A DNA stretch of 64,000 nucleotides from an uncultured Pseudomonadota bacterium (GCA_902781465.1 CACZJK010000003.1:12054-76053), one strand, 5' to 3'. Positions 19,381 to 28,943 are shown, numbered from the stretch's first letter. The notes: generated by a model not told the origin, from the letters alone. Numbers and translations: made by a program.

Positions 19381-20210
19381 CTGATAAAATTGCATCTTTG
19401 CCACCTGTATCAGAAATGATGCGCGAAAGTGGTTTAGAACCAAAGAAACAATTTGGACAGAATTTTTTATTTGATTTGAATTTAACAGGTCGGATTGCGC
19501 GTAATATTCCTGATATTGAAAATACCACAGTTGTTGAAGTTGGCCCTGGTCCAGGCGGTTTAACACGTGCAATATTAATGGCGGGTGCTAAAAAATTAAT
19601 CGCAATTGAAAAAGATAAAACAACATCACCAATTTTATCACAAATTATTGATGCGGCAGATGGTCGTTTTGAAGTTATTTTTGGTGATGCATTAAAAACT
19701 GATTTATCAAATATAGACCAAGATGGTTTCGCGATTTGTTCTAATTTACCTTATAACGTTGGAACAGAATTGTTGATTGGTTGGATGCATAAAATTGCAA
19801 ACGGTGAAAAAATAAAATCTTTGACATTGATGTTTCAACGTGAAGTTGCCCAGCGTATTGTCGCAAACACTGGTGATGCGCAATACGGCAGATTATCCGT
19901 GCTTTGTAATTTAATAGCAGATACAAAAATATTATTTGATGTGCCAAATACTGCGTTTGTTCCACGACCAAAGGTTCAATCTGCGGTTGTTCAAATTATT
20001 CCTAATGTTAATAAAATAAAACAGATTGATGATATATCCGTTATTGAAAAACTGACTGCTAAATTATTCGGGCAAAGGCGTAAAATGATACGCGGAATTA
20101 TAAAAACAGATTGGACACAATATGGATTAAATGGAACAGAACGCGCGGAAGAAATTCCACCAGAATTATTCTTAAAAATAGCAAGAAATATTGATGTAAA
20201 TTTGTTATAA
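19377..20210 (+). CDS. rsmA: 16S rRNA (adenine1518/1519-N6)-dimethyltransferase RsmA/KsgA
   Basis: FGQNFLFDLNL and VVEVGPGPGGLT SAM motifs. ATGA overlap with recR. Confidence 0.93.
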   Translation: MTDKIASLPPVSEMMRESGLEPKKQFGQNFLFDLNLTGRIARNIPDIENTTVVEVGPGPGGLTRAILMAGAKKLIAIEKDKTTSPILSQIIDAADGRFEVIFGDALKTDLSNIDQDGFAICSNLPYNVGTELLIGWMHKIANGEKIKSLTLMFQREVAQRIVANTGDAQYGRLSVLCNLIADTKILFDVPNTAFVPRPKVQSAVVQIIPNVNKIKQIDDISVIEKLTAKLFGQRRKMIRGIIKTDWTQYGLNGTERAEEIPPELFLKIARNIDVNLL

Positions 20211-20234
20211 TACGTAAAACGGGAGAGAGAAAAA

Positions 20235-21938
20235 ATGTCAATCGCAACACTTTTATTTTTTGTAATCGCTTTTGGCGCAGTGTTTTTTATGCGACTTTTC
20301 AGAATGGGAACTTTGTTGGCGTTTTTATTGACTGGGGTTTTAGCAGGTCAGCATGTTCTTGGTTTGTTTGAATTGTCTGGTACTTGGAATTTCCTGGGTG
20401 AATTGGGAATAATGTTTTTGTGGTTTAATATTGGATTGCAAATCAATATGCAACGTCTTTGGCAATTGCGCCGCACAATATTTGGCCTTGGTGCATCCCA
20501 GGTTTTAATGGTTGCGGTGATGTTATTCCCTATATTGGTTGGGGTGACAGCCTGGTCTTTGATGGGAACAATTATGATTTCTTTGATTTTAGCAATGTCC
20601 AGTACGTCAGAAGATTTACAAATATTGATTGACAGAAATCAATTACAAACAAATATGGGACGTCAGACTTTTTCAATTTTGTTATTCCAAGATTTATTGT
20701 CAATTCCTTTGTTGGCAATGTTGCCGATTATGGCGGGCAAATCTATCAATCTTGGCGCATCTGCAATTGATATTTTTGTGATGTCTGTTGGCTTGATACT
20801 TGGGGTCATTGTTGTGTCTAAATTCCTTATCAACCCATTAATGCGGGTTGTTGCACGTGTGCGCTCTGGTGAAGCATTTGTGTTGGCTATAATGGTAAAT
20901 ATCGCTGTATGGGCCGTTGTTTTAAGTTTGATGGGGTTGCCACCTGCATTGGGTGCTTTCTTGGCCGGTATGTTAATGTCTGAAACAGTGTACAGACATC
21001 AAGTCAATGCCGCTATTGAACCGTATGCTACGTTATTTTTGGCTTTCTTTTTCATAGTATTAGGTATGGGAATAAATTTACCATTTTTAATACAAAATTG
21101 GTCAATAGTTTTAATGGGCGTTGTTGGTTTGGTTGCAATAAAATTCTTTGCGCTTTATATTGTTGCACGTGTCCGTCATGTCCAAGGGCGCGAGGCTTCG
21201 CTGATGTCGCTTATATTGGCCCAAGGTGGTGAATTTGGTTTGTTGATTTTACAAACTATGAAAACGAATAATATAGAGGCTATTCCTGCGGAACATCAAG
21301 AAATTTTAACAGCGATAATCATAGTTTCTATAATGATGACACCGATATTATTGTTGCTGTATGACCAATTATTAAAATCTGGAAAAATATTCAAAAACGC
21401 ACATAATAAAAAATTATCTGAAAAAATCAACGATGTAACACCAACTGTATTGATTTGTGGTTTTGGACGTATGGGGCAAATTATTGCGCAAATGTTAGAT
21501 TCTGAACATATACCTTATGTTGCAATTGATTCTAATGTTGATGCAGTCGTTGTTGCACGTGAAGCGGGTTATAATGTTATCTATGGTGATTCTAAAAAGA
21601 AAACGATACTGCTTTCTGCGGGGCTTAAAGTGCGTAAAACAAAGGCGGTTGTTGTCTCTTTGAACGATGAAATTGTCGCGCGTGATATTGTTCAAACATT
21701 GCGTGGAATTTCGCCGCGTATAAAAATATTTGCACGTGCGCGCAATTTGAAATCTTCGCGTGATTTGTTGAAAATGGGTGTAAAATCAGCAACACCTGAA
21801 ATCATAGAATCTTCACTTACTTTGGGTTCAGAAGTAATGACAGGATTGGGCTTTTCAAAGCCAAAGATAAATGATTTGATAAACAGTTTGCGTGAAAATG
21901 GCTATGAAAATGTTAAAAAGCCACTTGATTCAAAATAA
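20235..21938 (+). CDS. CPA2-family monovalent cation:proton antiporter with C-terminal KTN/TrkA-N domain (Kef-type)
   Basis: 567 aa. ~12 TM segments followed by a Rossmann motif VLICGFGRMGQ. Confidence 0.85.
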   Translation: MSIATLLFFVIAFGAVFFMRLFRMGTLLAFLLTGVLAGQHVLGLFELSGTWNFLGELGIMFLWFNIGLQINMQRLWQLRRTIFGLGASQVLMVAVMLFPILVGVTAWSLMGTIMISLILAMSSTSEDLQILIDRNQLQTNMGRQTFSILLFQDLLSIPLLAMLPIMAGKSINLGASAIDIFVMSVGLILGVIVVSKFLINPLMRVVARVRSGEAFVLAIMVNIAVWAVVLSLMGLPPALGAFLAGMLMSETVYRHQVNAAIEPYATLFLAFFFIVLGMGINLPFLIQNWSIVLMGVVGLVAIKFFALYIVARVRHVQGREASLMSLILAQGGEFGLLILQTMKTNNIEAIPAEHQEILTAIIIVSIMMTPILLLLYDQLLKSGKIFKNAHNKKLSEKINDVTPTVLICGFGRMGQIIAQMLDSEHIPYVAIDSNVDAVVVAREAGYNVIYGDSKKKTILLSAGLKVRKTKAVVVSLNDEIVARDIVQTLRGISPRIKIFARARNLKSSRDLLKMGVKSATPEIIESSLTLGSEVMTGLGFSKPKINDLINSLRENGYENVKKPLDSK

Positions 21939-21995
21939 TCATTTATATTTGATTTTGCATTTACTAATTGCTATATTTTTGAAAACGGAGAAAAT

Positions 21996-22556
21996 ATGAA
22001 AAAGTTTTTGAAATATATAGCAATTATTTTTATTGTTTTTGCGGCTGATTTCTTTTCAAAACAATATATTTTGGATTTGTTAGCCGGTAAATATGGCGAT
22101 ATTATTTATGATCCAAATAAAATTTGTGCGAAATGCAATATAAACGGTGTGATTATTTCGTGGCCTGATTTAATCGGTGGTGATTATGGATTGTCTAATT
22201 TATTCAATATCCACTTTGTTTGGAATCGTGGTGTATCGTTTTCTGCTTTTAATTTCATAATGCCTGTCATTATAAGTGTTATAACAGGTTTAATCATTTT
22301 GTGGCTTATCTATTATATGGTTAAAAAAGCATGTGATTATGAACATTTGCCATTGGCATTGATTATTGGTGGTGCAATTGGTAATTTGGTGGACAGGGTG
22401 CGTTTTGGTGCGGTTGCAGACTTTATACAATGGCATATTGGTGGATTATGGACTTTTCCGGCGATATTCAATGTTGGTGATGTTTTTATTACTTTTGGTG
22501 TAATTTTGTATTTAATCAATGTTTTTATAAACAGAAAGAAGTGTTCTTGTAAATAA
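21996..22556 (+). CDS. lspA: Lipoprotein signal peptidase (signal peptidase II)
   Basis: 186 aa. VWNRGVSFS and GNLVDRVRFGAVADF motifs. Confidence 0.93.
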   Translation: MKKFLKYIAIIFIVFAADFFSKQYILDLLAGKYGDIIYDPNKICAKCNINGVIISWPDLIGGDYGLSNLFNIHFVWNRGVSFSAFNFIMPVIISVITGLIILWLIYYMVKKACDYEHLPLALIIGGAIGNLVDRVRFGAVADFIQWHIGGLWTFPAIFNVGDVFITFGVILYLINVFINRKKCSCK

Positions 22557-22569
22557 AAGGAAAATGTAA

Positions 22570-24117
22570 ATGGTACAGTATATGGATAATCAATCTGGTT
22601 TTAATCAATGGAATAAAATGAACGCAAAAAAGCCATCGAGATTTTCAGGTTTTTTATGGTGGTTGTTTTTATTTGTTTTTGCTTGGTGGATAATGGGGGG
22701 GTGGTTCAAACCACAAAATACAGAAATTAAAGAAGTTGCCCCAATAACAATAGAACAATCAAATGTTGTAAAACGCAATATTGCAAATGATGATATTTCT
22801 TTTGAAGTCCAAGGATTACGTGTTTCAAATGTATCCCTTAATAAACATAAAAAAGAATCAAATTCAGATGAACATATTGCGCTTTTAAGTGATACCAATA
22901 ATTTTGTTGAAATTGGTTTTGTGTCTTCGGATGTGTCTGTCCCAAATATAAATACACATTGGGAAATGAAATCTGGGGAAATGCATTGGGATAACCCAAG
23001 TGTACATTTTACGCGCAAGATATCGGTTAATGGTTATGTTGTAAGTATAACAGATATAATAAAAAATAAAACGAACCATGAAATCAATGTTGCACCGTAT
23101 GTTTTAATTACTGAAAGTGCGAATAATAAATCTGTATCAGCAGTTGAAACAGGTGGTGTTGTTTATGCTAATTCAAATCTTGACTATGTAAATTGGAATA
23201 AGTTAAATAAAAAATCTTTTGCATATTCATCTGTTGATGCTTCGTTTGGGTTCGCAGAACAATATTGGGAAACAGTCGCATCAACCAGTGCCAAAGATCA
23301 AACAATCAGTTTGAAAAAAAGTGGTGATTTATATTTCGCACAAACAAATGCTGCGCCTGTTAAAATCGCATCAAAAGGGGAATATGAAATAAATACTTAT
23401 TTGTTCGCTGGTCCGCGTCAAAGTGATGTTTTGAATGCCGCAGCACATAATATACCAGGAATTTCAAAAACGATGGATTATGGTTGGTTCTGGTTTTTTG
23501 CACAACCTATGTTATGGATGTTGAATTGGTTATACGCTTTGGTTGGTAATTATGGTGTCGCGATTATTTTAATGACTTTGATTTTAAGGTTATTGATATG
23601 GCCTTTGACACGAAAATCCTATGTTTCTACTATGGCAATGCAAAAGATGCAACCTGAAATGCAACGTGTTCAAAAATTATATGCTAATGATAAAGCGCGT
23701 TTGCAAATAGAAATGATGAAAATTTATCAAACACATAAAACATCACCTATGTCAGGATGTTTGCCAATGTTAATACAAATTCCAATCTTTTTCGCATTGT
23801 ACAAGGCATTGATAATATCTGTGCCTATGCGCAGCGCTCACTTTTTATGGATATCTGATTTGGCGGTAATGGATCCTTATTTCATATTGCCAATATTGAT
23901 GGGATTGACAATGTGGTTGCAACAATATTTACAATCACCAAAACAAACGTCCACAACAAATGATATTGCTGCATCGACACAACGCGCAATGAAGTGGATG
24001 CCAATATTATTTACTGTAATGTTTGCGTGGATGCCAGCAGGATTGGTGTTATATTGGACGGTATCTAATGTATTTGGCATTGTTCAGATGTATATAATCA
24101 AAAAAACGATAAAATAA
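22570..24117 (+). CDS. yidC: Membrane protein insertase YidC
   Basis: 515 aa. Large periplasmic domain, then the conserved core NYGVAIILMTLILRLLIWPLT...GCLPMLIQIPIFFALY. Confidence 0.93.
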   Translation: MVQYMDNQSGFNQWNKMNAKKPSRFSGFLWWLFLFVFAWWIMGGWFKPQNTEIKEVAPITIEQSNVVKRNIANDDISFEVQGLRVSNVSLNKHKKESNSDEHIALLSDTNNFVEIGFVSSDVSVPNINTHWEMKSGEMHWDNPSVHFTRKISVNGYVVSITDIIKNKTNHEINVAPYVLITESANNKSVSAVETGGVVYANSNLDYVNWNKLNKKSFAYSSVDASFGFAEQYWETVASTSAKDQTISLKKSGDLYFAQTNAAPVKIASKGEYEINTYLFAGPRQSDVLNAAAHNIPGISKTMDYGWFWFFAQPMLWMLNWLYALVGNYGVAIILMTLILRLLIWPLTRKSYVSTMAMQKMQPEMQRVQKLYANDKARLQIEMMKIYQTHKTSPMSGCLPMLIQIPIFFALYKALIISVPMRSAHFLWISDLAVMDPYFILPILMGLTMWLQQYLQSPKQTSTTNDIAASTQRAMKWMPILFTVMFAWMPAGLVLYWTVSNVFGIVQMYIIKKTIK

Positions 24118-24148
24118 AAAATGCTCGAAAGAGCATTTTTTATTTTTT
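24116..24148. terminator. Bidirectional rho-independent terminator
   Basis: ATGCTC-gaaa-GAGCAT (24121-24136), flanked by an A-run and a T-run, between convergent yidC and the 112-aa ORF. Confidence 0.7.
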
Positions 24149-24478
24149 ATTCAAGTATTTAAATAAAGCCAAAGGTGTTTGTATTTTTATATTTTTTATA
24201 CCACACATTGCCTTTGTAAATTGTACACATGTCAGGAAAGTTTTATTTTGTATATGTTCTGGGGCCGCAGGGTATTTTATAAATTTCCAGCCATGTTTTT
24301 TAAGAATCTTTAAATCCTTTTTTTGAATATGTATTTTTACGATTTTATTTATGTGTACAAATTGATAAATGATAACAGTATCTCCTTTTACAACAACTGG
24401 CGCACAGTGTTTATATGTATTGCAAAATATTTTCGCGTGAATTTTATTTGAATAATTTGAAAAACTAACATATAACAT
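24140..24478 (-). CDS. Hypothetical protein (112 aa)
   Basis: Internal ATG at 24478 preceded by AAAGGGTGAAAAT. Basic, Cys-containing (TCVQFTKAMCGI). 16 nt downstream of the 117-aa ORF. No family recognised. Confidence 0.5.
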   Translation of the reverse strand: MLYVSFSNYSNKIHAKIFCNTYKHCAPVVVKGDTVIIYQFVHINKIVKIHIQKKDLKILKKHGWKFIKYPAAPEHIQNKTFLTCVQFTKAMCGIKNIKIQTPLALFKYLNKK

Positions 24479-24494
24479 ATTTTCACCCTTTGCT

Positions 24495-24848
24495 TTAATC
24501 AACCAACCAACCTTTTTTAGACGCATAAACATTTAAAATGTCCATCGCAGATTTCCAAAGTGCAGCCGCACGATTTTCGCTGTATATATATTGGTGTGGT
24601 GCGCGTTTTTTATCACCGAATTTTTTCATAATATTTAATTGTTCTTCACTTAATTTACCACAAAGGTAAAGTTTTGTAATAAGGCTTTCAACATCCAAAA
24701 TTTCACATGGACGGCGTATAGAAGATTGGTGGTAATGAAAACCGTTTTGAACAGATTTTGAATACAAAAACCAAAACCATAATTGTTCTGCATTTTGAAA
24801 TCTTTCTGTTGGGTTTGTTTCATATTTTTTTACAGTATTTAATAACAT
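24495..24848 (-). CDS. Hypothetical small protein, possible DNA-binding regulator (117 aa)
   Basis: RBS AAAGGAGAAAAG. Helical, with an HTH-like stretch LSEEQLNIMKKFGDKK. Family not recognised; the regulator call is inference only. Confidence 0.5.
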   Translation of the reverse strand: MLLNTVKKYETNPTERFQNAEQLWFWFLYSKSVQNGFHYHQSSIRRPCEILDVESLITKLYLCGKLSEEQLNIMKKFGDKKRAPHQYIYSENRAAALWKSAMDILNVYASKKGWLVD

Positions 24849-24885
24849 CGTCTTTTCTCCTTTATATTTGTTGAGTTATTAAAAA

Positions 24886-24912
24886 AAGTGCATTATTTCC
24901 TAATGCACTTTA
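24886..24912 (-). promoter_or_regulatory. 11-bp perfect inverted repeat (operator or attenuator hairpin) ~35 nt upstream of the 117-aa ORF
   Basis: AAAGTGCATTA-tttcc-TAATGCACTTT. On the minus strand it is followed by a T-run. Confidence 0.45.
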
Positions 24913-24925
24913 AAATATAATAAAA

Positions 24926-25017
24926 ATCGAATCGTGTAAAATTATACAACTATAAATAGAAATCGGAATCTAAAAACCGATTCGGAACAAGAATTATAGA
25001 TGTATTTTACGAATCGA
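24926..25017. repeat. Cluster of CGAATCG/CGATTCG heptamers (four GANTC sites)
   Basis: GAATC at 24929-24933 (tCGAATCGt), 24966-24970 (tCGGAATCt) and 25011-25015 (aCGAATCGa). GATTC at 24979-24983 (cCGATTCGg). Confidence 0.6.
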
Positions 25018-25023
25018 TAAAAT

Positions 25024-25044
25024 AAAAAACCGCGAAAGCGGTTT
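25024..25044 (-). terminator. Rho-independent terminator after virB10
   Basis: ACCGC-gaaa-GCGGT (25029-25042). The A-run 25024-25029 becomes a T-run on the minus strand. Sits immediately 3' of the virB10 stop. Confidence 0.8.
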
Positions 25045-25045
25045 C

Positions 25046-27496
25046 TTATTTTACTTCTATCGGTGGGAAACAATCGCCGCCACCATCTGGACAACAATTG
25101 AAACCTGCTTCACCCATATCTGTATATGTTTCGCCAGCACAGCAACCGTTTGTATCTGGGGCACTGCCGTCGTCACATGTTAAAACTTCTTCGGCAACAG
25201 CATTATTAGGCGTTTCCCAAGGATTCAACATATTGCCTTCGTCATCATATTGTAATCCAAGGATATCTTGTGCATATGCCTTTGATTGTTCTTCGTTTCC
25301 TGTGTATACTAAACCGTCTTCTTGATTCCAAGTCATAGAACCATATGTTTCTTGTTTCTTTTGTGATTGAGCTTGAATATTAGCGTTATAAGCATTTTGC
25401 TTCGCCATATTTTTAGACTGATAGTTTTGTGATTCACAATACGCCAAAACAGTTCTGTAATCATAACCAGATTCGCCCCAATTTGCGTTTTTATCAATCG
25501 TGATTTTACCATTACTGTCCTGGGTACAATATTGATTCAAGTTAAATGAACGTATTTGTCCACGCCATGAAGGATCATCTGCGCCAACAAATTCTACTTT
25601 CTTTAAGTCAGACCATTTACGACGGTGTTCGGAAGCATAGGTTGTAAATGCACATTTTTTACCAGGATTTTCTTCTTCATCACATGTGACAATCAAATCC
25701 ACAGGTGAATATACATTGATACGTGTTCCGGCGGCGATTGAAAACGGTGGAACTGTATTATCAATTGCATCTACTAATAATTTTTGTGTGATTTTATTCC
25801 ATGTGTTGATAATATCTTGTTTTGCCATTTCAGATGAACGAATTGTTCCTGATTGAACAATTGTATTATTATCCAAATCAATTTGATTTATAACTGTATC
25901 TGTAATAGGCGCAATCATATTAACCGCCGCAGGAACAAGTGCCGTTAATATTGGCATAAACATCTGTTCTACATAGTCTGTGCTGCCATGTCCAGGAACC
26001 CCCATACGACCTTGGGCATCCGCAGAATATGGATCTTGGCCTTCGTCAAAATTGAATTCTACGCCATCTGGACGAATAAATTGATACCATTTTATATTCA
26101 TACGACCGAATGCCTGATATGGCCCAGGTAATCTTCCGTCCAAATATCCCATTAATAATGTTCCAGTTGGCAATATTATTGTGCGTCCATCATCAGAAAA
26201 AACGTTTCTGTCCACTGTTGCACGAACAGGTATGCTATAATTTTTATCTGGATCACAGTTTTGTCCTGATTTATCACAGCCATAAACACTTGGGTCTGCG
26301 CGAACTTCGGATACAATAGTCGCAGGAATTGGTTTAAATTGACGTAATATAAATGTTCTGTCGAATGGACGTGAAGATGTGACAGATTCGCTGCCAAAAC
26401 CAGAACCTTTCAAGGCTGCTTTATCAAAATCTTTTTGTTCGCCCCAAACAATGCCACCGTCAACACCATTACCACCTGCATCCCAATTTGCGTTTTCACC
26501 AAAAGTACCATTGCTGGCCGGTGCAACAAAAGATTTAGGAGTACCTAATTGAGGAACACTTAAACTGCGTGAACGAACATTTCTGTATCCGATATGATCT
26601 GAATCTGTACCGATTTTAGAACCGTCTTCTAATGAAGTTATAATGCCTGTTGTTATATCATAACGACCAGTTGGGTTAGAACAGTCTTTGTCAGAAAAAG
26701 GATGGAAATAGTTTGCACCACGTTCTGGTTTTATCCAACCAATTTGACGACCGGATTGATCGTATCCAGGAATTGCGAATTCAGAACATTTTTCAGGTGG
26801 CAAAACAAATTCTTTTTCTTCCTTTAACGGGTTTTTCACAGCAATAGTTTTTATTTCTTCCGCTGCTTTTTCAACGATTGGTTCTGGTTCGTATTCGATT
26901 TCGTCTTCTTCTTCTTTAACCTCTTCAACAACAGGTTTTGGTGCAGGAGCAACTTTTTTTTCAATGACAGGTTCTGCCTTTTTTTCTTCCTGTTTCCAAG
27001 AAGAATATTTTACTTCTACTTCCTGAGTCTTTACGATTTCAGATTGAGATTCAATAAACCAATTTATTTTCAGTATTGTATCAGATTCTTTTTGAACAAC
27101 GCTTGGGCGATAGATAACATTGATAATACAAACATCGGTTAAATTATCGCAATTATCAGTTGTAGTTATGCCATCAACATCGATATCGATATCTTTGATA
27201 ACAACAGGTGCATTGACAGCCACATTGATGCTTTTGCTGACTGATTTTCCAACCTCTGTCCCGGTTAAATCAATTGTTTCAGGATTGACAGTAAAAGAAA
27301 CATTTTCATTCATATTATCGGCAGATGTTGTCCCGGATTTATGTCCCAACAACAAAACCAACAATATAATAACAACAACAAAAGCCGCGCCCAACAATAT
27401 CCATTGGATATGTTTTGGAGTGTTTGTTTTAAATTCTTTAAATTGTTGTTTTAAACTTTTCATTTCTTTCTTTACTGTATTCTTACCACATGACAA
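25046..27496 (-). CDS. virB10: Type IV secretion system protein VirB10/TrbI family, unusually long (816 aa)
   Basis: N-terminal TM (WILLGAAFVVVIILLVLLL), Pro/Glu/Lys-rich linker (APAPKPVVEEVKEEEDEIEYEPEP), TrbI-like core (ILPTGTLLMGYLDG...QGRMGVPGHGSTDYVEQMFMPILTALV). There is an extra ~200-aa C-terminal extension ending in a Cys-rich tail. An alternative ATG at 27463 would remove the 25-nt overlap with virB9. Confidence 0.85.
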   Translation of the reverse strand: MSCGKNTVKKEMKSLKQQFKEFKTNTPKHIQWILLGAAFVVVIILLVLLLGHKSGTTSADNMNENVSFTVNPETIDLTGTEVGKSVSKSINVAVNAPVVIKDIDIDVDGITTTDNCDNLTDVCIINVIYRPSVVQKESDTILKINWFIESQSEIVKTQEVEVKYSSWKQEEKKAEPVIEKKVAPAPKPVVEEVKEEEDEIEYEPEPIVEKAAEEIKTIAVKNPLKEEKEFVLPPEKCSEFAIPGYDQSGRQIGWIKPERGANYFHPFSDKDCSNPTGRYDITTGIITSLEDGSKIGTDSDHIGYRNVRSRSLSVPQLGTPKSFVAPASNGTFGENANWDAGGNGVDGGIVWGEQKDFDKAALKGSGFGSESVTSSRPFDRTFILRQFKPIPATIVSEVRADPSVYGCDKSGQNCDPDKNYSIPVRATVDRNVFSDDGRTIILPTGTLLMGYLDGRLPGPYQAFGRMNIKWYQFIRPDGVEFNFDEGQDPYSADAQGRMGVPGHGSTDYVEQMFMPILTALVPAAVNMIAPITDTVINQIDLDNNTIVQSGTIRSSEMAKQDIINTWNKITQKLLVDAIDNTVPPFSIAAGTRINVYSPVDLIVTCDEEENPGKKCAFTTYASEHRRKWSDLKKVEFVGADDPSWRGQIRSFNLNQYCTQDSNGKITIDKNANWGESGYDYRTVLAYCESQNYQSKNMAKQNAYNANIQAQSQKKQETYGSMTWNQEDGLVYTGNEEQSKAYAQDILGLQYDDEGNMLNPWETPNNAVAEEVLTCDDGSAPDTNGCCAGETYTDMGEAGFNCCPDGGGDCFPPIEVK

Positions 27497-28914
27497 CTTG
27501 CGCCACTGAACTTTAACAATTGATCACACAATTTTTGTGCCGTATCAATATCTGATAAAGGTCCAATGCGTAAACGATATAAACGTGCAGTTACAGAATC
27601 AGAACCTAAATCACCAACGCCTTGTTCGTCAACTGCAAAGAATACGCTGTTTTTGTATGGGCTTAAAATACCTTCGCCATCGTCGCCACTGAATTTAGCC
27701 AACAAACTGGTCCAGTAATCATTTAATGCCTTTACAGATGTATCTGATTTCAATTCAATTGCAACACCTGTTTGATTGCTGGTTATCAATGGAATATTTG
27801 TTTGTGGCAGATAAGAACCCGCAGTCATACGTGCAGTTGGAATCATTGATGCGCCAGATGCACTTGGCATAACATCTGGTTGATTAGAAACATACATTGG
27901 TGTAGCACTGTAATCCATAATGCTTTGATCGATAGCATATTGTTCATCGCCATAGGCCATCGCGTTCAAAGATTGATTCGCCGCCATTGATTGTGCAACA
28001 TTTGCTTCTGCCAAAGCCATAACAGATGCTGTATCTGCAATCAAGAAAGGTTTAGCGCGTTTTTTAATACATACAATTCTTTGCCCACTGCGCAATACCA
28101 TATCACCAACCGCTTCGACAATCAGTAAACGACCATCTTCGCCGTCTGTACGGAAACCAACAGGGCTTTCGCCACCTTCGACCAACAAAGATACAACAGG
28201 ACGTTGAGTCATAGAAATAACTTTGTCGCCGAAATCGATATAAGTGAATATGCGGTCGCGCCATACACGTTCAGGTGCGATAACATAATCATCTGGGTTT
28301 GGAACGAAAATATCCAAATCGAAACGGAATTCAGACGGATCAATTTTCATAGTTTTAATCCATCCATAATCTTCGCCATCAACACCAACTGTGGAAGTTG
28401 TTGGGGCGGCCTTTGTAAATATAGAACCCATAGAACCAGCAGTCGCGGCACTGTTCGCAGCAATTGCGTTTGAAGCACCCGCCAAAGAAACATCAACCTG
28501 GGAATAAGTGATTTCACTGGAATTCACAGGATATGCGCGTAAATAGAAAATGTAAGTATTACCAGATTGGCCAGTCACAATCATATTTGTATCATTACCC
28601 TGGTTCGCAGATGCTGGTGTAATATACATTGTGCGGCCACCTTTATCAGGTTTTACTTCAAATAAACCGTCATTACCAACAACCGCATCAGCAATCTTTT
28701 CGCCATTTGGTAATGTGACCAAAGTAGCCATACCTGCGCGGGTTTTGATTGGTAAAACCGTTCCTGTTGACCAAGTAAGGTTTGCATAACCTGGCTTAGT
28801 AGAACCGGCAGACATATTTGCGTTTGGGTTGTCCCAGGCCGCCTGAAAATCAGCCATTGCCGGGAAAGCACAGCATAACACAGCCAACAAAGAAATACTA
28901 AATTTAAAAGTCAT
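27472..28914 (-). CDS. virB9: Type IV secretion system protein VirB9/TrbG/CagX family fused to a C-terminal SPOR-like domain (480 aa)
   Basis: Signal peptide. VirB9 signature region ITPASANQGNDTNMIVTGQSGNTYIFYLRAYP. The C-terminal ~95 aa show a SPOR-like pattern (LYRLRIGPLSDIDTAQKLCDQL...CHVVRIQ). Confidence 0.85.
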   Translation of the reverse strand: MTFKFSISLLAVLCCAFPAMADFQAAWDNPNANMSAGSTKPGYANLTWSTGTVLPIKTRAGMATLVTLPNGEKIADAVVGNDGLFEVKPDKGGRTMYITPASANQGNDTNMIVTGQSGNTYIFYLRAYPVNSSEITYSQVDVSLAGASNAIAANSAATAGSMGSIFTKAAPTTSTVGVDGEDYGWIKTMKIDPSEFRFDLDIFVPNPDDYVIAPERVWRDRIFTYIDFGDKVISMTQRPVVSLLVEGGESPVGFRTDGEDGRLLIVEAVGDMVLRSGQRIVCIKKRAKPFLIADTASVMALAEANVAQSMAANQSLNAMAYGDEQYAIDQSIMDYSATPMYVSNQPDVMPSASGASMIPTARMTAGSYLPQTNIPLITSNQTGVAIELKSDTSVKALNDYWTSLLAKFSGDDGEGILSPYKNSVFFAVDEQGVGDLGSDSVTARLYRLRIGPLSDIDTAQKLCDQLLKFSGASCHVVRIQ

Positions 28915-28943
28915 ATTTCACAATCCTTACCTTTTACAAATCT

